Origin: Blastocatellia bacterium | GTDB lineage: Bacteria; Acidobacteriota; Blastocatellia; RBC074 | Reading direction: 5' to 3' | DNA: 44,870 nt | NCBI GenBank assembly: GCA_049318845.1 | Contig: JBMOFH010000002.1 | Span: forward strand, 1-44,870 | Made by a program: the position numbers and the translations under genes | Shown: piece by piece, positions 37,170-44,870 of the stretch | Layout of the letters: each line of letters starts with the position of its first letter | Position numbering within the stretch: the stretch's first letter is position 1 | Notes under the pieces: generated by a model | Told to the model about the DNA's origin: nothing | Seen by the model: the letters and a program-made list of their open reading frames with translations, nothing else | The model's database searches: none

Positions 37170-40145
37170 GTGAGTCCGCAATCAGGAACAACCAGGGTTA
37201 CGACACGAACGATGCTGCTGCTCTTTGCGGCACTGGTCGCGCTGGGGAGCGGGGTCTTCAATTTTCGTGACCGATTGCAGCAGAAGCAGGTCCCAACCGA
37301 CGGAGTGGCCTGGCGTGATGAGCCAGGGCTCGGGGTTCGTGCCGGGCAGGTCGAGCCTGGCAGTCCGGCGGCGCTTGCCGATGTGCGACGCGGTGACTAT
37401 CTGATCGGAATCAGCACGACCGGCAGCGAGCCATTCGAGATGGTTGAGGAGGCTCAGCACGTCCAAATCTACCTCGATCAGGCAAAGGACCAGATGTCAC
37501 AGGGGGCGCCACTCGCGCTCAGCTACTGGATCGAGCGGCGAAATGATGCCGGGGATACGATCCTCCGCGAGGGGATTGCCGATCTCGACCACCTTCAGAT
37601 GCGCGAGACATTTCTCCTGCGGGGAAGCTATCTCGCCCTGGTCGGTCTGATCTATCTCGGAGTCGGGCTCTATTTTTTGTTGAAGCAGGGGCGTGCGCCA
37701 TATGTCACGCACTTCTTCATGGTCTGCCTGCTCGCGTTTATGGCCCACTTCTACAGCCCGACGATCGAAATGCGAACCCATTTCGACAAGGCGATCGACC
37801 TTGCGGACACATTGGCACTGATATTTCTGGCGCCGCTGCTGATCCATTTCGCGGCCATCTATCCGAGCCGCTACTCACTCTTCCGGGAGCGGCGTTGGGC
37901 AGCGCTCGGTTGCTATGGGCCGGCAGTGCTGCTGATGACGATCGAGCTGCTGCTGCGTTTCGCTCCGCTGCGGGCCCTCCTCATCTTTCCGGCCGTCAAC
38001 CTGCGGAGCGGGCTGAACCGAATCGAGCTGCTCTTCTTCTCGATTTCGCTGATCGCGAGTGCGCTGCTCTTCATCCGAACCTTCCGTGCCGCGCGTTCGA
38101 TCGTCGTCCGCCAGCAGTTGAAATGGGTTATGTGGGGGATGAGTATCGCGGCGACGACCTTTGCGCTCTTCTATCTCCCCTCCTTTCTGGCCGTTCAGTC
38201 AGTCGCCTCGGTGTTGACACTGACGGCACTCGCACCGCTAATCCTCGTTCCGGTAACGCTTGGGTACTCGATCGTCCGCTATCGACTCATGGATGTCGAT
38301 GTCGTCATGCGCCGGTCATTCGCCTATATCGTCGCCACACTCTCTGTCGCCGCGCTATTCGGTTCGGTTATGGCGATCAGCTACGAGGTGCTCCGCTCGC
38401 TCATTCCGCAGGAAGCGACGTTGCTGATCGCGGCAGTAACGATGTCGATCATTGCCATGCTCTTCGCGCCGGTCAAAAACTGGGTTCAGGAGCGAATCGA
38501 CCGGATGTTTTATGGTGAAAAATACGACTACCGGCTGACGTTGCAGGACTTTGGGCGGACGCTCTCATCGACGACAGAGCTGGATCCGCTATTGGTCAGC
38601 CTGACGCGACGATTGAAAGAGGTATTCTCGATCGACCGGCTGGCAATCTTCATCGAGGATCGCCGCCTGGTCTCCGGATTCAAGATTGCGCGGGCGGAGG
38701 GTAATGGGCAGGAGATAGTGCTGCCGGCCGATTTCCATCGCCAGCTTCGCGAACACAGCATTGGAACCGGCATCGTCCGTGTCGATGATATCGAGCAGGA
38801 AGACGGGGTATCGAGTGGCGACCTGCTGCCAGTTTCGAGAAATGCTTTCAGCTACTACGTTCCGTGTGCCGCGCGGTCACGGATTGTCGCCGTCATCGCG
38901 CTGGGCCGAACAATCGATGGCGCGCTCCTCTCATCGGAGGACATGGCACTGCTCCGCGCCATCTCAGGCTATGTGGCAGTCGCGATCGAGAACGCTCTCC
39001 TGCTCGAAGAGCAGGGCCGGCGAGCGAAGGAGCTCGCCAAACTGAAAGAGTTCAACGAAAATATCATCGAATCGATCAATGTCGGTGTCCTCGTCATCAA
39101 TCTCAGCGGACGGATTACCAACTGGAATGGAGCGCTCGAGAACATCTATGGCCTGCGGCGTGAGCAGGCGATCGGTCAGCGGATCGGGGAGGTCTTCGAA
39201 CCGGGCATCCCGCGAACATTGCGCGAAATCATGAACGTGGGCGACCTCCGGGCGGGCCAGCCTGCCAATATCTACAAGTTTCGGACGAAGTCCTTTGATG
39301 GGCGTGACCTGATTCTGAACATCTCACTCGCGCCATTGCAGGGCCGGAAAGGTGAATTCGAGGGGACGCTGGTCGCGATTGAAGATGTAACCGCGCGGAT
39401 ACGGCTCGAGGAGCAGCTCCAGCAGAGCGATAAGCTATCATCGATCGGACTGCTTGCCGCCGGTGTCGCGCACGAAGTAAACACACCTTTGACCGGCATC
39501 TCATCGTATTCTCAGATGCTGATGCAGCAGATACCAGAGAATGACCCGCGACAGGTGCTGCTGCAGAAGATCTACCGCCAGACCTCGCGCGCCTCCTCTA
39601 TCGTCAACAACCTGCTCAACTTTTCGCGTGTCAGTGATTCGCGGTTCGTGGCGATCGACCTCAACCGGGTTCTTGATGACACCATCCAACTGCTTGAGGC
39701 CCAATTGCACAACACGCAGATCGAGGTCGTTAAGCGCTACGGTGAGAACCTGCCCCCGGCTCCCGGCAACGCGCCAAAACTTCAGCAGGTATTTATGAAC
39801 CTGATCCTGAACGCGCGCGATGCGATGCCGCGTGGTGGCCAGCTGGAGATCTCGACCGGCTTCGATGAGGATTCGATCACGATCTGCTTCCAGGATACCG
39901 GGGAGGGGATCTCTCCCGATCATTTGTCACGCATCTACGACCCGTTCTTCACCACCAAGCAGATCGGCAAGGGAACGGGACTCGGCCTCGCCGTCAGCTA
40001 TGGCATCGTCCAGGATCACGGTGGTCAGATTACCGTCGAGAGCAGCTCCGGTGAAGGGACACGCTTCCTGATCAGACTTCCACTCGTGACCGCACATCCG
40101 GCCTTTGACTCAAGCCATCCTCCGCTGGCGACAGCCAGTGACTGA
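37170..40145 (+). CDS. Sensor histidine kinase: TM - periplasmic PDZ-like domain - polytopic membrane region - GAF - PAS - HisKA - HATPase
   Basis: PDZ-like [27 protein letters not shown] between TM1 and a roughly 7-helix block. GAF end ...[40 protein letters not shown]-box [12 protein letters not shown]1 and G2 boxes [16 protein letters not shown] and GTGLGL. The start is GTG 37170, with ATG 37212 as an alternative. Confidence 0.9.
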   Translation: MSPQSGTTRVTTRTMLLLFAALVALGSGVFNFRDRLQQKQVPTDGVAWRDEPGLGVRAGQVEPGSPAALADVRRGDYLIGISTTGSEPFEMVEEAQHVQIYLDQAKDQMSQGAPLALSYWIERRNDAGDTILREGIADLDHLQMRETFLLRGSYLALVGLIYLGVGLYFLLKQGRAPYVTHFFMVCLLAFMAHFYSPTIEMRTHFDKAIDLADTLALIFLAPLLIHFAAIYPSRYSLFRERRWAALGCYGPAVLLMTIELLLRFAPLRALLIFPAVNLRSGLNRIELLFFSISLIASALLFIRTFRAARSIVVRQQLKWVMWGMSIAATTFALFYLPSFLAVQSVASVLTLTALAPLILVPVTLGYSIVRYRLMDVDVVMRRSFAYIVATLSVAALFGSVMAISYEVLRSLIPQEATLLIAAVTMSIIAMLFAPVKNWVQERIDRMFYGEKYDYRLTLQDFGRTLSSTTELDPLLVSLTRRLKEVFSIDRLAIFIEDRRLVSGFKIARAEGNGQEIVLPADFHRQLREHSIGTGIVRVDDIEQEDGVSSGDLLPVSRNAFSYYVPCAARSRIVAVIALGRTIDGALLSSEDMALLRAISGYVAVAIENALLLEEQGRRAKELAKLKEFNENIIESINVGVLVINLSGRITNWNGALENIYGLRREQAIGQRIGEVFEPGIPRTLREIMNVGDLRAGQPANIYKFRTKSFDGRDLILNISLAPLQGRKGEFEGTLVAIEDVTARIRLEEQLQQSDKLSSIGLLAAGVAHEVNTPLTGISSYSQMLMQQIPENDPRQVLLQKIYRQTSRASSIVNNLLNFSRVSDSRFVAIDLNRVLDDTIQLLEAQLHNTQIEVVKRYGENLPPAPGNAPKLQQVFMNLILNARDAMPRGGQLEISTGFDEDSITICFQDTGEGISPDHLSRIYDPFFTTKQIGKGTGLGLAVSYGIVQDHGGQITVESSSGEGTRFLIRLPLVTAHPAFDSSHPPLATASD

Positions 40146-40186
40146 GGCCAGCAACAATAGTCTCGATTCACTATTTGCCCGATTCA

Positions 40187-40948
40187 CTAGCGGGCCATCC
40201 ACCCGCCATCGACCACCATCAGGTGCCCGTGGACATAGTCGCTCGCGCGCGATGAGAGAAAGACTGCCGCGCCGGCCAGATCGTCCGGCTCCCCCCAGCG
40301 CCCGGCCGGGATCCGCTCGAGAATCTGTCGGTTCCGTGTCTCATCTTTCTGCAGCGCCGCCGTGTTGTCTGTCCGCATATATCCAGGTGCGATTGCATTG
40401 ACATTGATCCGCTTCGAGGCCCATTCATTGGCCATGGCCCTGGTCAACTGCGCCACGCCTCCTTTGGCGGCCGCATATCCGGGAACCGTTATCCCACCCT
40501 GGAAAGAGAGGAGTGAGGCGATATTGACGATCTTTCCGTCTCCACGTTCGAGCATGTGGCAACCGACCAGCTGCGAGAGGCGGAAGATGCTCGAGAGATT
40601 GACCTCGATCACTGCGTCCCAGTCATCCCACGGATGTGTGGCGACCGGTGCACGCCGAATCATCCCCGCGTTGTTGATCAGAATGTTGATTCGACCAAAG
40701 CCGTCGAGGACCTCCTTCACGAGCCGTCCGGGCGTCTCCCGATCCCGCAGATCCCCGACGACCGCCAGACTCTGCCGGCCAAGGGCGCTAATCCGATCAG
40801 CCGTTCCCCCCGGACTTCGTGTATTGCCGTGACAGGCGACATCCGCGCCTGCCTCCGCCAGCGCAAAGGCGATCGCCGCCCCCAGACCAGCCGAGGAGCC
40901 AGTCACCAATGCCACTTTTCCATCAAGTCGAAATTGGTCAAGTATCAT
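40187..40948 (-). CDS. Short-chain dehydrogenase/reductase, KduD (2-deoxy-D-gluconate 3-dehydrogenase)-like
   Basis: LDGKVALVTGSSAGLGAAIA (TGxxxGxG), NNAG, and YAAAKGG (YxxxK). ATG 40948 is preferred to the track start at 41086. Confidence 0.85.
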   Translation of the reverse strand: MILDQFRLDGKVALVTGSSAGLGAAIAFALAEAGADVACHGNTRSPGGTADRISALGRQSLAVVGDLRDRETPGRLVKEVLDGFGRINILINNAGMIRRAPVATHPWDDWDAVIEVNLSSIFRLSQLVGCHMLERGDGKIVNIASLLSFQGGITVPGYAAAKGGVAQLTRAMANEWASKRINVNAIAPGYMRTDNTAALQKDETRNRQILERIPAGRWGEPDDLAGAAVFLSSRASDYVHGHLMVVDGGWMAR

Positions 40949-41042
40949 TTGAGTAGTCTCGTGTAATCGATGTTCAGGATGTCGTCCAGTTATGTGCGCG
41001 AAGTTGTACCCTGTAAATAATATTCGGGACAAAACCCGGCAC

Positions 41043-41104
41043 AAAAAATAGCGCGGAGCAGTTGATGATCCCGCTGGGATATTCAATCGCTCCGCGCTAT
41101 TTTT
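41043..41104 (-). terminator. Long-stem intrinsic terminator downstream of the 41135..41869 gene
   Basis: AAAAAATAGCGCGGAGC ... GCTCCGCGCTATTTTT has 16-17 bp arms, with a nested ATCCC-GCT-GGGAT hairpin in the loop. A/T runs on both sides. Confidence 0.75.
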
Positions 41105-41134
41105 GTCAATTCAGCCAATGGCCGAACCGGTTTA

Positions 41135-41869
41135 CTACTTCTTCCGTTTGGCCTTCCAGGTGCCGGAGAATCCACCGGCTTCCCACTTGCCACCCATCTC
41201 ATCGGCACTGATCCGCTTACCGGTCAGCGGAATCGGACCCTGTCCCTGATAGGTTGCCGTCAGGTTGACCACATCGGGATCCTTGACCTGGATCTCGACG
41301 ATATTGAGATCACCTGGGGCCGGAACTTCGGTCACCAGCTTGTCGCCACTCTTCTTGATGACCAGTCCAAGCGTGAACTCGCCCTGACCGTCAGCAACTA
41401 TCGTCGTATCGTAGCTGCCCTCGATCCCATTCGTTACACCAGCGGAGACTGCCGGAGCTGGCGCCGCCGCGGGAGCAGCCGCCACCGAACCAGCGGCCAC
41501 TTTCTGCGTCGCGACCATGTTTCCCTTCATGTCGCCCGCCGTCCACTGGCCTGTAATCTTGCCCGCTTCGTAGCTCCCGGCGATGATGACTGAGGTTCCT
41601 CCGGCGTCCGAGGTGATCTTAACCTTGTTCGCGGGGTCGACCATGACCTCTGTCACTGACAAAGGCATAGCGGCATCCTTGATCTCGCCCTTCCATTTAC
41701 CGTTGTCAAGCTTGAGAATTATCTGAAATTTCAACTCGCCAAGATCACTGCTGCTCGCCGTCACATCATAGGCGCCCTCGACCGGATGTGACTGTGCCAT
41801 TCCGGTCAGGTTACCCATAACCGTCAAAGCCAGCGCAAAAGCGACCATCGCCAACATTCGTTTGCCCAT
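41135..41869 (-). CDS. Secreted hypothetical protein made of two homologous ~100 aa domains
   Basis: Signal peptide MGKRMLAMVAFALALTVMGNLTGMA. AGGAG lies upstream of ATG 41869. Internal duplication: EGAYDVTASSSDLGELKFQIILKLDNGKWKGEI versus EGSYDTTIVADGQGEFTLGLVIKKSGDKLVTEV. Confidence 0.6.
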   Translation of the reverse strand: MGKRMLAMVAFALALTVMGNLTGMAQSHPVEGAYDVTASSSDLGELKFQIILKLDNGKWKGEIKDAAMPLSVTEVMVDPANKVKITSDAGGTSVIIAGSYEAGKITGQWTAGDMKGNMVATQKVAAGSVAAAPAAAPAPAVSAGVTNGIEGSYDTTIVADGQGEFTLGLVIKKSGDKLVTEVPAPGDLNIVEIQVKDPDVVNLTATYQGQGPIPLTGKRISADEMGGKWEAGGFSGTWKAKRKK

Positions 41870-41918
41870 ATTACTTGCTCCTTTTGATCTTTTCTGACCC
41901 TTCTTCACCGCTTTCAAC

Positions 41919-41970
41919 CACAATCCATCACAATCCATCATAATCTGCGCATAATCCGCGCATAATTCGC
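41919..41970. repeat. 10-11 bp tandem repeat x5 (CACAATCCAT x2, CATAATCTGCG, CATAATCCGCG, CATAATTCGC)
   Basis: On the gene strand this is five phased GGATTRTG-like cores, 50-100 nt upstream of the 41869 start codon. Confidence 0.85.
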
Positions 41971-42080
41971 TATATGTTCGCAGTCTACAACCCGTATCTG
42001 CAGAAAACAAGAGGCTCGAGCGCGAAGCGGTCTGGACAAGTGGGACCGGCACAATACCGGACCCCACTCGCCCAGCCTTT

Positions 42081-42159
42081 CGGATCTGGCCAGCTCTGGC
42101 CAGCTCTGGCCAGCTCTGGTCGGATCTGGTCGGATCTGGCCAGCTCTCGTCAGATCTGG

Positions 42160-42160
<1 letters not shown>
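42081..42160. repeat. 10 bp tandem repeat x8 (CGGATCTGGY / CAGCTCTGGY variants)
   Basis: Eight contiguous decamers in the order X Y Y Y X X Y' X'. The last one abuts the hppA stop codon (42160-42162). Confidence 0.9.
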
Positions 42161-44712
<2,552 letters not shown>

Positions 44713-44870
44713 AAGTGGTGATTCCTCTTTTCGTTGGTGTTAGCCAGCTTTGAACTATTTTTCACGATCTTTCGGGTAAATGTATGCCGCATTACTCTGT
44801 TTGCTGATTGCCTGAAGCGATTTTCTATGCCGGACAGCTAACTAAGTTAGTGCTAATCAAAAGAATCCGA

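Noticed and set aside
44838-44850. Palindrome CTAACT-A-AGTTAG upstream of hppA, near the window edge
   Set aside because: It is a single short palindrome with no second copy or context in the window, so there is too little evidence to call it an operator.

Overview
This is a 44.9 kb chromosomal segment that looks like Acidobacteriota. That is an inference from two 'VWFA-related Acidobacterial domain'-type proteins, CarboxypepD_reg-type outer-membrane barrels and a MoxR-DUF58-TgpA operon. Most of it is ordinary, densely packed housekeeping or envelope genes: folA, thyA, purB, purS, ggt, hppA, mqnA-cofD-cofC with an LLM oxidoreductase, a CHT1-like symporter with pcs, an M16 peptidase/ABC exporter operon, and a PDZ-GAF-PAS histidine kinase. 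No transposase, integrase, cas or toxin-antitoxin genes were seen. Two things are not explained by the gene map. (1) A 1.6 kb ORF-poor gap (30315-31941) holds four tandem copies of a ~115 nt two-hairpin module. Loop motifs are invariant (ACGGGGGTCGGATT and ACGGGGCAC) and the stems carry fully compensated changes. The array is followed by a textbook intrinsic terminator, so I read it as a candidate ~0.9 kb structured ncRNA that I cannot assign to any family I know. (2) At least a dozen intergenic spacers carry short-period tandem direct repeats (7-24 bp units, 2-8 copies). Several have ~10 bp helical phasing and sit directly against start or stop codons. All protein calls rest on motif recognition in the supplied translations. 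No database search was run.
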